From assembly GCA_013348845.1 (NCBI GenBank), contig CP054675.1:746419-810418 (forward strand): DNA of 64,000 bases, given 5' to 3'. Below are positions 40,110 through 50,644 of this stretch, piece by piece. Each line of letters begins with the position of its first letter. The first letter of the stretch is position 1. The position numbers and the translations under genes were made by a program. A model generated the notes under the pieces. The model saw only the letters and a list, made by a program, of their open reading frames with translations, ran no database searches and had not been told where the DNA came from. This DNA comes from Candidatus Tepidiaquacella proteinivora (GTDB lineage: Bacteria; Bacteroidota; Ignavibacteria; Tepidaquicellales; Tepidaquicellaceae).

Positions 40110-40847
40110 ATGCTGAAAAGATATAATTATAAAATAAATATAGAATATGATGGGGAAAACTATAAGGGTTGGCAGAAACAAAAGAACACCAAAGAAACAA
40201 TACAAGAATACATTGAAAATGCTATAAGTATTTTATTAAAAGATAATATAAAACTAATAGGGGCAGGCAGAACTGATGCTGAGGTAAATGCTTATAATCA
40301 ATGTGCAAATTTTTTTTCTGATAAACTGATAGACACAAAAAAATTCTTACATTCTATAAATGGTATCCTTCCTCATGATATTACTGTTAAAAAGATACAG
40401 AAAGTAAATTCTGAATTTCATGCAAGATATTCAGCAAAAAAAAGAGAATACATATATAAAATAACTTTATTCAAAAAATCAATTGAAAACAAATACTTTT
40501 TCCATTTAAAATATAAATTAAACTTCAAACTTGTTGATGAATTCATTGAATTTTTAAAACATAATGAATATTTTAAGTCATTATGTAAGAACAAAACTGA
40601 TAAATATAATTTCAGATGTAAGATATATAAACTTGCTTATAAACTTAGGAAAGATGAAATAATAATAACGATAATCGCTGATAGATTTCTGCACTCTATG
40701 GTAAGAGGAATAGTTGGATGTATGATTGACATAGGTAGAGAAAAAACTAAACTTGAAACAATAAAACAGAAAATAAAAAAAGGAGAACGATTAAAGACAT
40801 TTTTTGTACCAGGAAAAGCATTATTTTTAAAACAAATTTATTATTAA
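40110..40847 (+). CDS. truA: tRNA pseudouridine(38-40) synthase
   Basis: YDGENYKGWQKQ, the catalytic-Asp motif GAGRTDAEV, and DRFLHSMVR. Confidence 0.9.
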   Translation: MLKRYNYKINIEYDGENYKGWQKQKNTKETIQEYIENAISILLKDNIKLIGAGRTDAEVNAYNQCANFFSDKLIDTKKFLHSINGILPHDITVKKIQKVNSEFHARYSAKKREYIYKITLFKKSIENKYFFHLKYKLNFKLVDEFIEFLKHNEYFKSLCKNKTDKYNFRCKIYKLAYKLRKDEIIITIIADRFLHSMVRGIVGCMIDIGREKTKLETIKQKIKKGERLKTFFVPGKALFLKQIYY

Positions 40848-40849
40848 AT

Positions 40850-41743
40850 ATGCAAATGAAAAAAATAATATTAATAGCAATAATATCTCTTGGACAGCTG
40901 CTCTTTGCACAGGAAAATTCTGAAGAGAGAAACAGTTTCAATGAAAATAACTTCAAGAAATTACAATTAAAAAATGCAATTATTGAAACTGAAATCAATA
41001 CAGATAAAGTAGCAATAGACAAAAACGGAAAATCAATAAATGATGAACCATTAGAAAAAAATGCCTTATTAGCCGGTGTAATGTCCGCAATAATACCCGG
41101 TGCAGGCCAGTTTTACACAAAAAATTTTGTTAAAAGTGCGATTTTTTTGGGGGTTGAAATCGGATTATGGACTACTTACGCAATATTTGAAAAGAAAGGC
41201 GATGATCAAACAAGATTTTTCCAGGACTATGCAAATAAAAATTGGAGTATTCGCAAATATGCTCAATGGCTTGTCTCGGAAGGATTCCCCGGATCAGGTG
41301 CTATTAATCTGAATGTCCCAGATGAGGAAATTCTAAGACAACAAGTGAATATTTGTGAAGATAGTTCCGGCTTCTCGCATAAATTGCCACCATTCGGAGA
41401 ACAACAATATTATGAAGTAATCGGGAAATACCAAACTTATTTAGCCGGATGGTCTGAAGCATCAGGGATTACAAAATACAATTATATGACTATAAAATTA
41501 CCTCAGGTAATTTATTATATGAATGAACGGGAAAAAGCAAATAAATATTATAATAACGGTTCGCTCGCATTGACTGTCGTTATTGTCAATCATGTACTCA
41601 GTGCAGCAGATGCAGTGTGGAGCGTTTCAGTATTTAATAAAGATTACAAAGTTAAAACTTCGTTCAATGTCAGGTATTTATATTCAAAAGAACAATTGCG
41701 ATATAAATTAGTACCATTTACTAATATTTCTATCAATTTTTAA
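40850..41743 (+). CDS. membrane protein with PGAGQFY motif (DUF5683-like?)
   Basis: Signal peptide, AIIPGAGQFYTKNF TM hairpin, a soluble segment and a final helix VNHVLSAADAVWSV. The architecture matches 39362..40093. Confidence 0.5.
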   Translation: MQMKKIILIAIISLGQLLFAQENSEERNSFNENNFKKLQLKNAIIETEINTDKVAIDKNGKSINDEPLEKNALLAGVMSAIIPGAGQFYTKNFVKSAIFLGVEIGLWTTYAIFEKKGDDQTRFFQDYANKNWSIRKYAQWLVSEGFPGSGAINLNVPDEEILRQQVNICEDSSGFSHKLPPFGEQQYYEVIGKYQTYLAGWSEASGITKYNYMTIKLPQVIYYMNEREKANKYYNNGSLALTVVIVNHVLSAADAVWSVSVFNKDYKVKTSFNVRYLYSKEQLRYKLVPFTNISINF

Positions 41744-41771
41744 AATTTACGATAAATAGCGAAAATATACT

Positions 41772-42626
41772 TTATACAATATTAACTATATAATTTCCCC
41801 TTCTAAAGAGATCAGCACATTTAGTAATTTTATTTTTATTCTTCTTTTCAAAAAATCCGTAGATTGTTGAGCCACTTCCGCTTAAAGAAGTAAAAACAGC
41901 ACCATTCTGTGAAAGAATCCGCTTTATTTTTTCAAGTTCTGGATACTTTTTAAAAACCACTTTTTCAAAATCATTTTCAAAAATTGAAAGGTCTTTTGGT
42001 AAAGTTGTAATATCTTTTAATACAGGGTTTTTCCTGTAATCTGTTGGTAATTTCATCGCTTCATAAGCCCATTTGGAAGAAATATTAAATGAAGGTGTTA
42101 TTAATAATATATCATAATCTACATAAAAGTCTTTTAAAAGAAATATTTTGTCACCTTTGCCCGTAGCATAACAAGGTTTTGAAAAAAGGAAAAATGTTAC
42201 ATCACTTCCAGTGTTTGAAGCAACAGTAAAAATATTTTTTTTATTTTTTAATATATCAATATTAAAATATTTAACAAGATATTTTAGTACAGAAGCAGCA
42301 TTTGAACTGCCACCCCCCAAACCACCACCTATAGGAATTTTTTTCTTTATTTTAATTTTGATTTTAAAATATTCTTTTATTTCAAACGTCTTAAAGAAAT
42401 TTGCAATTACTTTGAAGCAAATATTAGATTTATCCTTAGGAACATAAGGATTATCTGATTGAATCAGCAAGGAATTAGTATTTTTCTCAGATGGTTTAAC
42501 ATCAATTTCTATTTCATCAAATAAATTAATAGGATAGAAAATAGTTTCAATATCGTGAAAACCATCTACCCTTTTACATAAAATTTTTAAGCCAATATTT
42601 ATTTTTGCTAATGATTTTATCAACAT
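41772..42626 (-). CDS. ispE: 4-diphosphocytidyl-2-C-methyl-D-erythritol kinase
   Basis: AKINIGLKI..KR.DGFHDIE and the GHMP-kinase loop PIGGGLGGGSSNAA. The ATG at 42626 (MLIKSLAKIN) fits the family N-terminus and sits 2 nt after the fabH stop, so it is preferred over the track start at 42677. Confidence 0.88.
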   Translation of the reverse strand: MLIKSLAKINIGLKILCKRVDGFHDIETIFYPINLFDEIEIDVKPSEKNTNSLLIQSDNPYVPKDKSNICFKVIANFFKTFEIKEYFKIKIKIKKKIPIGGGLGGGSSNAASVLKYLVKYFNIDILKNKKNIFTVASNTGSDVTFFLFSKPCYATGKGDKIFLLKDFYVDYDILLITPSFNISSKWAYEAMKLPTDYRKNPVLKDITTLPKDLSIFENDFEKVVFKKYPELEKIKRILSQNGAVFTSLSGSGSTIYGFFEKKNKNKITKCADLFRRGNYIVNIV

Positions 42627-42627
42627 A

Positions 42628-43632
42628 TTATATAGCCCATCTGAGGAGTATAGCTCCCCAAGTAAAACCAGCACCAAAACTTGTCAGAATAATATAATCA
42701 CCTTTTTTAATTTTACCTTCTTCCCAATATTCTGACAAACATGAAGGTATTGTAGCAGATGTGGTATTACCATATTTATGAATGTTTACCATAAGTTTCT
42801 CTTTTGGAAGTCCAAGTCTTTCTGCAACTGCCGTCATAATCCTGAGATTAGCCTGATGAGGAACAATATATGCTATTTCATCAGGAGAAAGGTTATTTTT
42901 CTTCATTATTTCTGCAGAAGACTCATACATTCCTTTAACTGCTTCTTTGTAAACAGTTCTTCCATCCTGATGTACAAAATGCATTTTTTTCTCAACTGTT
43001 TCAATTGAAGCAGGATTCAAACTCCCTCCCGCTGGTTGATTCAGATATTTACCGCCACTACCATCAATATGTAAAATTGCATCAATAATACCGTATGATT
43101 TATCTTCCGTCGGTTCCAATAACACAGCAGCAGCACCATCGCCAAAAAGTACACAGGTATTCCTATCCTGCATATTTACAAGAGCAGACATTTTCTCAGC
43201 ACCACAAACAATAACCTTTTTATGCATTCCTGTATGAATAAACTGAGCACCAGTAATTAAAGCAAAAAGAAAACCTGAACAAGCACCTTCAAGGTCAAAT
43301 CCCCAACAATTCTTAGCTCCTATATTGTTCTGCACAATACAAGCAGTTGCCGGGTAAACCATATCAGGGGAAACAGTAGGAATAATAATTAAATCAATTT
43401 CATCAGGAGATAACCCCCTTTTTACCAATAACTTTTCAATTGCTCTTGTGGCTGCATAAGAGGTAGGTTGGTCTTTTTCTAAAAACCTACGTTCCTTTAT
43501 TCCTGTTCGCTCAACAATCCATTCATCTGAGGTATCAAGATAACTTTCAAAATATTTATTTGTGATAACCTTTTCCGGGAAAAAATGACTTACTTCACTA
43601 ATGTAAGCATTAAATTGGCCACTATTTATCAT
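42628..43632 (-). CDS. fabH: 3-oxoacyl-ACP synthase III
   Basis: GACSGF active-site Cys, PHQAN and GNTSAA motifs. Confidence 0.93.
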   Translation of the reverse strand: MINSGQFNAYISEVSHFFPEKVITNKYFESYLDTSDEWIVERTGIKERRFLEKDQPTSYAATRAIEKLLVKRGLSPDEIDLIIIPTVSPDMVYPATACIVQNNIGAKNCWGFDLEGACSGFLFALITGAQFIHTGMHKKVIVCGAEKMSALVNMQDRNTCVLFGDGAAAVLLEPTEDKSYGIIDAILHIDGSGGKYLNQPAGGSLNPASIETVEKKMHFVHQDGRTVYKEAVKGMYESSAEIMKKNNLSPDEIAYIVPHQANLRIMTAVAERLGLPKEKLMVNIHKYGNTTSATIPSCLSEYWEEGKIKKGDYIILTSFGAGFTWGAILLRWAI

Positions 43633-43637
43633 ATAAT

Positions 43638-46160
43638 TTATTTTTTTCTTTTTTTATTCTCGGTTGAGCTATCCTCCTTATGGGAAATATCTTCTTCACT
43701 ATCCAATATATTCTCGAACCTAAATTTATCTTCTCCTTTTCTATAAAGCACTTTGACTGTAGAATTCATCTTGATATTCCCTTTAAGAATTTCTTCACTT
43801 AATGGATCTTCAAGGTATCTCTGGACTGCTCTTTTCAAAGGTCGAGCACCATATACTTTATCAAATCCTTTTTCTACGAGAAACTCAAGCGCATCATTAG
43901 AAATATCTAATTTAATGTTCTGTAAAATTAACCTTTCTCTTAACATTCTTATTTGAATCTCCACAATACTAAACAGACTCTCCCGACTTAATTGTTTGAA
44001 TATAATGAACTCATCAACACGATTCAAAAATTCAGGAGAGAATATTTTCTTAACTGCTTCTTCAATAACTTCTTTCATTTTTTCATATTCATTTTCAAAC
44101 TTAGGATCACCGAAACCAAGAATCTTATCTAATTTAATATCACGGGTACCTATATTAGAAGTCATTATTACTATAGTATTTTTAAAATCAACTTTTCTTC
44201 CAAGACTATCTGTTAACATACCTTCATCAAGTACTTGCAATAAGACATTAAAAGTATCAGGATGCGCTTTTTCTATTTCATCGAATAGTACTACACTATA
44301 TGGTCGTCTTCTAACCTTTTCTGTTAATTGTCCACCCTCTTCATAACCAACATAACCAGGAGGAGCCCCAACGAGTCTTGACACATTAAACTTTTCCATA
44401 TATTCACTCATATCAACCCTTATTAATGCTTCTTCTGAGTCAAACAAGAATCTTGCTAATTGTTTTGCCAATTCGGTTTTACCAACCCCAGTGGGACCAA
44501 GGAATATAAAAGAACCAATTGGTTTATTCGGATCTTTTAATCCTGCTCTTGCTCTTCTTATAGCTTTAGATATTTTTTCAACTGCTTCATCTTGTCCGAC
44601 TACATACTGCTTCAGATAATCTTCCATTCGAACAAGTTTCTCACTTTCAGATTCAGCGATTTTATTCACAGGAATTCCTGTCATCATAGCAACAACATCA
44701 GCAATATCATTTTCTGTAACTTCGTGATATGTATTTTGATTTTTTAATTCCCAATCAAATTTAACTTGTTCCAATTCAGCAAGTAAACTTTTTTCTTTAT
44801 CACGAAGTTTTGCAGCTTCCTCATAATTCTGATTTTTTACAAGAGAACTTTTCTCTGCTCTTACTTTTTCAATTTCCTCTTCAATTTTCACAACTTCCTG
44901 AGGTATAACTATATTTGCAAGATGTACTCTTGCCCCTGCTTCATCAAGAACATCAATTGCTTTATCAGGTAATAATCTATCCGTTATGTATCTATCGCTT
45001 AATCTAACTGCTTCTTCAATTGCCTTATCAGTATATCTTACATTATGATGCTCTTCATATTTATTCTTTATATTTTGTAAAATTATAATCGTCTCTTCTA
45101 CAGTAGTGGGGTCTATCATAATTTTCTGAAATCTTCTGTCAAGAGCCCCATCTTTTTCTATATATTGTCTATATTCATTTAAGGTTGTTGCACCAATACA
45201 TTGTAAATCCCCTCTTGAAAGCGCAGGTTTAAAAATATTAGAAGCATCAAGTGAGCCACTTGCACCACCTGCACCAACAATAGTATGAAGTTCATCAATA
45301 AACAAAATAACATCTTTTGCCTTTTCAAGTTCATTCAGAACAGATTTCATCCTTTCTTCAAATTGGCCTCTGTATTTTGTTCCTGCAACCAAAGCAGCGA
45401 GGTCAAGAGCAACAACTCTTTTATTATGTAATACACGGGAAACCTTTTTATTTACTATTCTCATTGCCAGCCCTTCTGCGATAGCGGTTTTTCCGACACC
45501 AGGTTCACCTATTAAAACCGGATTGTTCTTCTTCCGTCTGCTTAACACCTGGGCAACTCTTTCTATTTCCCTTTCTCTTCCAATAATAGGGTCTAATTTA
45601 TCTTCCATCGCAAGTTTTGTTAAATCACGGCCAAAATTATCTAAAACGGGAGTTTTAGATTTATCCATAGTTCTTTTTTCTGCTTGACCTTTAGAAGAAA
45701 AAGGACTAAAGCCACCTGAAATATTTTCACTCATTAACCTCTGCAATTCAGACTTAACGACCTCATAATTAATATAAAACCTGTGTAGTATCTGGGCTGC
45801 TAAATTATCATCTTCCCTTAATATTGATAATAAAAGATGTTCTGTTCCGATTACCGTTGAATTAAATAGTTTTGCTTCAAGATATGTTATCTTAAGAACT
45901 TTTTCTGCTTGTTTAGTTAAAGGTATATTCCCTATTGTTAATGTTGCTCCTTTATGTGGAACAGCATCTTCTATTGCTTTTTTTAATTCAGGAATTGACA
46001 CACCAAGATTTTTAAATATGGTTAAGGCTACTCCTTCACCTTCTCTGATTATTCCTAAAAGCAAATGTTCAGTACCGATATAATCGTGACCTAATCTGAT
46101 TGCTTCTTCTCTGCTAAGCCTGATTACTTCCTGAACTCTATTTGAAAAATTGCTATCCAT
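43638..46160 (-). CDS. clpC: ATP-dependent Clp protease ATP-binding subunit ClpC
   Basis: Duplicated Clp_N repeats, two AAA+ modules (GEPGVGKT and GPTGVGKT) and the UVR-like linker [12 protein letters not shown]. Full length is 840 aa. Confidence 0.93.
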   Translation of the reverse strand: MDSNFSNRVQEVIRLSREEAIRLGHDYIGTEHLLLGIIREGEGVALTIFKNLGVSIPELKKAIEDAVPHKGATLTIGNIPLTKQAEKVLKITYLEAKLFNSTVIGTEHLLLSILREDDNLAAQILHRFYINYEVVKSELQRLMSENISGGFSPFSSKGQAEKRTMDKSKTPVLDNFGRDLTKLAMEDKLDPIIGREREIERVAQVLSRRKKNNPVLIGEPGVGKTAIAEGLAMRIVNKKVSRVLHNKRVVALDLAALVAGTKYRGQFEERMKSVLNELEKAKDVILFIDELHTIVGAGGASGSLDASNIFKPALSRGDLQCIGATTLNEYRQYIEKDGALDRRFQKIMIDPTTVEETIIILQNIKNKYEEHHNVRYTDKAIEEAVRLSDRYITDRLLPDKAIDVLDEAGARVHLANIVIPQEVVKIEEEIEKVRAEKSSLVKNQNYEEAAKLRDKEKSLLAELEQVKFDWELKNQNTYHEVTENDIADVVAMMTGIPVNKIAESESEKLVRMEDYLKQYVVGQDEAVEKISKAIRRARAGLKDPNKPIGSFIFLGPTGVGKTELAKQLARFLFDSEEALIRVDMSEYMEKFNVSRLVGAPPGYVGYEEGGQLTEKVRRRPYSVVLFDEIEKAHPDTFNVLLQVLDEGMLTDSLGRKVDFKNTIVIMTSNIGTRDIKLDKILGFGDPKFENEYEKMKEVIEEAVKKIFSPEFLNRVDEFIIFKQLSRESLFSIVEIQIRMLRERLILQNIKLDISNDALEFLVEKGFDKVYGARPLKRAVQRYLEDPLSEEILKGNIKMNSTVKVLYRKGEDKFRFENILDSEEDISHKEDSSTENKKRKK

Positions 46161-46221
46161 TTTTTCTTTTAAACTTTAAAATTAATAAAACTCAATTAAA
46201 TTAACAAAACATATTATCATT

Positions 46222-47085
46222 TCATATTTTTAAATATTTATCATACCATTTTCGTCTTATATCAGAAACTTTATCACGATTTTCTTTCAAAAAATGAGAT
46301 CCACCTTCAATAAGTTCTAATTCATAATTAACATCCGGGTTTTGCATTTTAAGTAAATTAAACATCTTTATAGATTGTTCATACGATATCATTTCATCAT
46401 TTGTTCCGTGAATAAATAAAATTGGAATTTTCTTAATACTTTTATAAATATTCACTGGTGAAATACTCATTCCACTATCTTTATTACAAATATATTCTAA
46501 AATAAGTTTCCTTTCCGAACTATTTTTACAATAATCATTTAAATCGGTTAATCCGGCTACCACAACTGCTGTTTTAATTCCATATTCATACTGAAGACAA
46601 AGTAAAGTTAACATACCACCTCTGCTCCATCCTTCCATAGCTATATTTTGATTATCAGCAAATGGAATATCTTTAACTATTTGTAATAAAGTCAAAACAT
46701 CCTGCACATCTGAAATTCCAGGCTTTTCATCTTCTCTATATTGAGAAGCAAATACACAATAACCCCAATCAGCAATTTCTCCTAAAGTAATAAATGCAGT
46801 CAAATCTTCAAGTCGTCCCTTTTCTTTGAAACCACCTCTATTCCAAATTATTACAGGCAATCTTTCTTTAATATTTACCGGTACAGATAAGTAACCGTCA
46901 ACATAAACATTATCATCAACCAAATATTTGATTTTATATAAGTTTGTTTCTTCTAAAATTCTTTTTTCCCTATCCTTTTGTAAAAGAGCTTTTTGGGCAA
47001 GGGTAATAACTACTTCTTCTTTATTAACCAACATAATTTGTATTAAATTAATAAATATCAAAATTAGTTTTAAGTCAGAAAACAA
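46222..47085 (-). CDS. alpha/beta hydrolase (S9 peptidase / dienelactone hydrolase-like)
   Basis: GWSRGG nucleophile elbow, with Asp and His further downstream (HGTNDE, GGSHF). Confidence 0.7.
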   Translation of the reverse strand: MFSDLKLILIFINLIQIMLVNKEEVVITLAQKALLQKDREKRILEETNLYKIKYLVDDNVYVDGYLSVPVNIKERLPVIIWNRGGFKEKGRLEDLTAFITLGEIADWGYCVFASQYREDEKPGISDVQDVLTLLQIVKDIPFADNQNIAMEGWSRGGMLTLLCLQYEYGIKTAVVVAGLTDLNDYCKNSSERKLILEYICNKDSGMSISPVNIYKSIKKIPILFIHGTNDEMISYEQSIKMFNLLKMQNPDVNYELELIEGGSHFLKENRDKVSDIRRKWYDKYLKI

Positions 47086-47243
47086 TACTAAAAGAATAAC
47101 TAAGTATAATAAAATATTAATTAATTCATAAAAATTAATATTGTCTGCAGTAAATTACATTATTAATATATAATAACAATAATTATCATTATAAAAGTAC
47201 TAATTAAATTTTTTTATCAAAAAGGTTTTTGTAAATTATTAAT

Positions 47244-48221
47244 ATGTTAGATTTTAAGAGTTATATTAAAGGTAAGTTATTTCTTGCGCCAATGGATAGT
47301 ATTACCGATGCACCATTTAGATTAATCTGTAAAGAATTAGGAGCTGATGTAGTTATATCTGAATTTATATCATCAGAAGGTTTAATCAGGGACGCAAAAA
47401 AAACGAAGGAAAAGTTATTTTTTTATGAAGAAGAGCATCCGATAGGAATTCAAATTTACGGAGACAACATTAATTCCTTAATCGAATCCGCTAAAAAAGT
47501 TGAGAATGCAAATCCAGATTTTATTGATATTAACTGCGGATGCTGGGTTAAAGATTTAGCCCTAAGGGGAATGGGTGCCGGACTTCTGAGGGATTTACCA
47601 AAGATGAAAAAATTAGTTGAAGCAGTTGTTAAAAATGTAAAGTTACCTGTAACTGTTAAAACAAGATTAGGATGGGATGAAAAATCCATAAATATATTAG
47701 AAGCATCAAAAATTTTAGAAGATATAGGGGTTCAGGCAATAACTATACACTGCCGTGTTAGAACACAAGCAAATAAAGGTGAAGCGAATTGGGATTGGAT
47801 TAAAAAGATAAAAGACTCTGGTATAAAAATCCCCTTAATACTAAATGGTAATGTTCAAAATCCAATTGATGTAAAAAAAGCATTTGAAAATTATAATCCC
47901 GATGCAGTTATGATAGGTCAGGCAGCATTAAAGAATCCATGGATATTCAAACAATCTAAATATTACATTAGATATAGCAAATTAGAAAATGAACCAAAAA
48001 TATCTGAAAGAATTGATACCTGCATCAAGCATCTTAATCTCTGTGTTAATTTAAAAGGTGAAAGAAGAGGAGTAATAGAATTTAGAAAATATTATTCAGG
48101 TTATTTAAGAGAGATAAAAAATGCTGCAAGTATAAGAGCTGAATTAATGAAGTACACTGAAATTAACCCCATCATATCGAAACTTAAAGAAATAAAGGGA
48201 GAGTATTATTATGTTATATAA
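47244..48221 (+). CDS. dus: tRNA-dihydrouridine synthase
   Basis: LAPMDSITD, DINCGC and TVKTRLGWD...ITIHCR motifs. Confidence 0.88.
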   Translation: MLDFKSYIKGKLFLAPMDSITDAPFRLICKELGADVVISEFISSEGLIRDAKKTKEKLFFYEEEHPIGIQIYGDNINSLIESAKKVENANPDFIDINCGCWVKDLALRGMGAGLLRDLPKMKKLVEAVVKNVKLPVTVKTRLGWDEKSINILEASKILEDIGVQAITIHCRVRTQANKGEANWDWIKKIKDSGIKIPLILNGNVQNPIDVKKAFENYNPDAVMIGQAALKNPWIFKQSKYYIRYSKLENEPKISERIDTCIKHLNLCVNLKGERRGVIEFRKYYSGYLREIKNAASIRAELMKYTEINPIISKLKEIKGEYYYVI

Positions 48222-49929
48222 TTTTATTTTCAGACTTAGTATTCTTTTACTTTCATCTATATTTATAAATACCAGTAGTCTTTCAAAAAATAATGATTGG
48301 GTTGAGGAAACACTTAAAAAAATGACACTAAGGGAAAAAATCGCTCAGATGATAATAACAAGTTCAAATGGATATCAATTGGATAATACATCAAAAGAAT
48401 TTATGAGACTGAAAAATCTTATAATGCATGAAAAAATCGGAGGCATAATTTTTTTTCAAGGTAATTCACAAGAATTAGCAAAATTAACAAACACCCTTCA
48501 AAGTTTTTCAGAAGTACCGCTTCTTATGTCTGCTGATTATGAAAGAGGAACTGGAATGAGGTTGAATGACGGGTCACTCTTCCCATATAATATGGCAATA
48601 GGAGCAACAAGAAGAACAGATTTAGTTTATAAAATGGGATTGCTAATCGCTAAAGAATGTAAAGCAATAGGAATACATCAAAATTACGCACCAGTAGTAG
48701 ATATAAATAATAATCCAAATAATCCTATAATAAATATCCGTTCTTTTGGAGAGAATCCTGAACTTGTTTCAGAAATGGCTGTGAGTTTTATTAAGGGATT
48801 GCAAGACGGGAATGTTATTGCGACTGCAAAACATTTTCCGGGACATGGGGATACAGATATTGATTCGCATAACGATTTACCAATACTTAATTTTGATATG
48901 AAAAGATTAGATACCAATGAATTAATACCCTTTAAGAACTCAATTGAATCAGGAGTAAAATCAATAATGGTCGGACATATTGCATTACCAGAAATTGATA
49001 TAAAAAATAATCTCCCAGCAAGTCTTTCTCCTGTTATAATTGATTCTATTTTAATAAATAAATTAGGTTTTAATGGATTAGTTGTTACCGATGCTCTGAA
49101 TATGTCAGGAATTACAAAAAATTATTCATCAAAACAAGTTGCAGTTCTTTCCGTTCAGGCAGGAGTGGATTTAATTCTTATGCCACAAGGAGAGACAGAA
49201 ACAATTAATGAGATAGAAAGAGCAGTTATTAATGGAAAAATTTCTGAGGAAAGAATTGATTACTCCGTAAAGAAAATTCTGTCGGTAAAAAAATGGCTGA
49301 ATCTTGATTTAAATAAATATGTAAATGAATCAGAGGTTAGTAAATTTGTTAATTCATACGAAGAAGAAATGCTTTCTCAGGAAATCGCAGATGCTTCTAT
49401 TACCCTTATAAAAAATAATTCTAAAGCGATACCAATCATAAGAAAAGATAATATATTCACTCTTATCAGCATTAACAACACTTCAGAAAGAGAAAGTTCT
49501 GATTTATTTATAGACTTGATGAAGAATGATAACAATTTCATTCTGGATTCTATATACAATTATTTTTCAGAAATCGAAGACATAAATTCAATCATTAATA
49601 ATATACCCATATCTAATTATTGTATTATACCTATTTACTCAAAGGTAAAGATTAAAAAAGGAACAGTTAATTTACCAAACTCACAAGTTAAATTAATTAA
49701 CAGACTGATAGAAAGAGGAACAAGAGTTATGGTTATTTCATTTGGTAATCCGTATATACTTAAAGATTTTCCGGAGATAGATACCTATATCTGTGCTTAT
49801 AGTGACGTTCGTACATCTGTAATTGCCGTTTATAAAGGAATTACAGGGAAAATAAATTTTAACGGAAAACTTCCTATCTCAATAGATAACAATTACACAT
49901 TTGGTTACGGCTTAAAAATTCTAAATTAA
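48211..49929 (+). CDS. glycoside hydrolase family 3, beta-N-acetylhexosaminidase (NagZ-like) with extra C-terminal domain
   Basis: Signal peptide, the KHFPGHGDTDIDSH motif and GLVVTDAL. Confidence 0.85.
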   Translation: MLYNFIFRLSILLLSSIFINTSSLSKNNDWVEETLKKMTLREKIAQMIITSSNGYQLDNTSKEFMRLKNLIMHEKIGGIIFFQGNSQELAKLTNTLQSFSEVPLLMSADYERGTGMRLNDGSLFPYNMAIGATRRTDLVYKMGLLIAKECKAIGIHQNYAPVVDINNNPNNPIINIRSFGENPELVSEMAVSFIKGLQDGNVIATAKHFPGHGDTDIDSHNDLPILNFDMKRLDTNELIPFKNSIESGVKSIMVGHIALPEIDIKNNLPASLSPVIIDSILINKLGFNGLVVTDALNMSGITKNYSSKQVAVLSVQAGVDLILMPQGETETINEIERAVINGKISEERIDYSVKKILSVKKWLNLDLNKYVNESEVSKFVNSYEEEMLSQEIADASITLIKNNSKAIPIIRKDNIFTLISINNTSERESSDLFIDLMKNDNNFILDSIYNYFSEIEDINSIINNIPISNYCIIPIYSKVKIKKGTVNLPNSQVKLINRLIERGTRVMVISFGNPYILKDFPEIDTYICAYSDVRTSVIAVYKGITGKINFNGKLPISIDNNYTFGYGLKILN

Positions 49930-49936
49930 ATATCGA

Positions 49937-50581
49937 ATGTTAGAAAAAAATCTTGAAGACCTAAGAAAAAACTATAAATTAAAATCATTAGATACAAAAG
50001 ACGTTAAATTAAATCCATTTGAACAATTCGCTCAATGGTTTGACGAAGTATTAAATTCTGAGTTAATTGAGCCAAATGCAATGATTTTAGCAACTGCGGA
50101 TAAAAATGGTAAGCCATCCGCAAGAACTTTACTACTAAAAGGATTCAGCGAAAAGGGTTTTGTATTCTATACAAATTATGAAAGCAGAAAAGGGAAAGAA
50201 CTTACTGAAAATAAAAACGCTGCAATTCTATTTTATTGGCCTGAATTAGAAAGACAAGTGAGAATAGAAGGAAAAGTAGAAATAATTTCAAGAAAGGAAT
50301 CAGAGAGATATTTTAAAACAAGACCTTTCAAAAGTAAAGTAGGTGCTTGGGCATCAAATCAAAGTGAAGTTATAAGCAGTAGATTCATAATAATAAAAAA
50401 GTTTTTATATTATTTAGCAAAATTTCATTCAAAAGATATTCCAATTCCTAATAATTGGGGTGGATATATATTGATTCCGGAAAGCTTTGAATTCTGGCAA
50501 GGAAGACCTAACAGATTACACGATAGAGTAAGATATAGATTAGATAATGAAATCTGGGTTATTGAAAGACTTTCACCATAA
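49937..50581 (+). CDS. pdxH: pyridoxamine 5'-phosphate oxidase
   Basis: PSARTLLLKG, RQVRIEG and the FWQGRPNRLHDR C-terminal motif. Confidence 0.92.
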   Translation: MLEKNLEDLRKNYKLKSLDTKDVKLNPFEQFAQWFDEVLNSELIEPNAMILATADKNGKPSARTLLLKGFSEKGFVFYTNYESRKGKELTENKNAAILFYWPELERQVRIEGKVEIISRKESERYFKTRPFKSKVGAWASNQSEVISSRFIIIKKFLYYLAKFHSKDIPIPNNWGGYILIPESFEFWQGRPNRLHDRVRYRLDNEIWVIERLSP

Positions 50582-50618
50582 AAAAAAGCGGTTAAGTTTT
50601 TATACTTAACCGCTTTTA
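50582..50618. terminator. bidirectional Rho-independent terminator between convergent genes
   Basis: A-run, then a 10-bp perfect stem GCGGTTAAGT (50589-50598) / ACTTAACCGC (50605-50614) with a 6-nt loop, then TTTT. Confidence 0.8.
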
Positions 50619-50644
50619 GTATAATTCAAATATACTCTTAATTC

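Noticed and set aside
43638-46160. ClpC and the truncated ClpB as a segmental duplication
   Set aside because: They belong to different Hsp100 subfamilies (UVR-type linker versus ClpB-type M-domain). They differ throughout at the protein level and are not recent copies.
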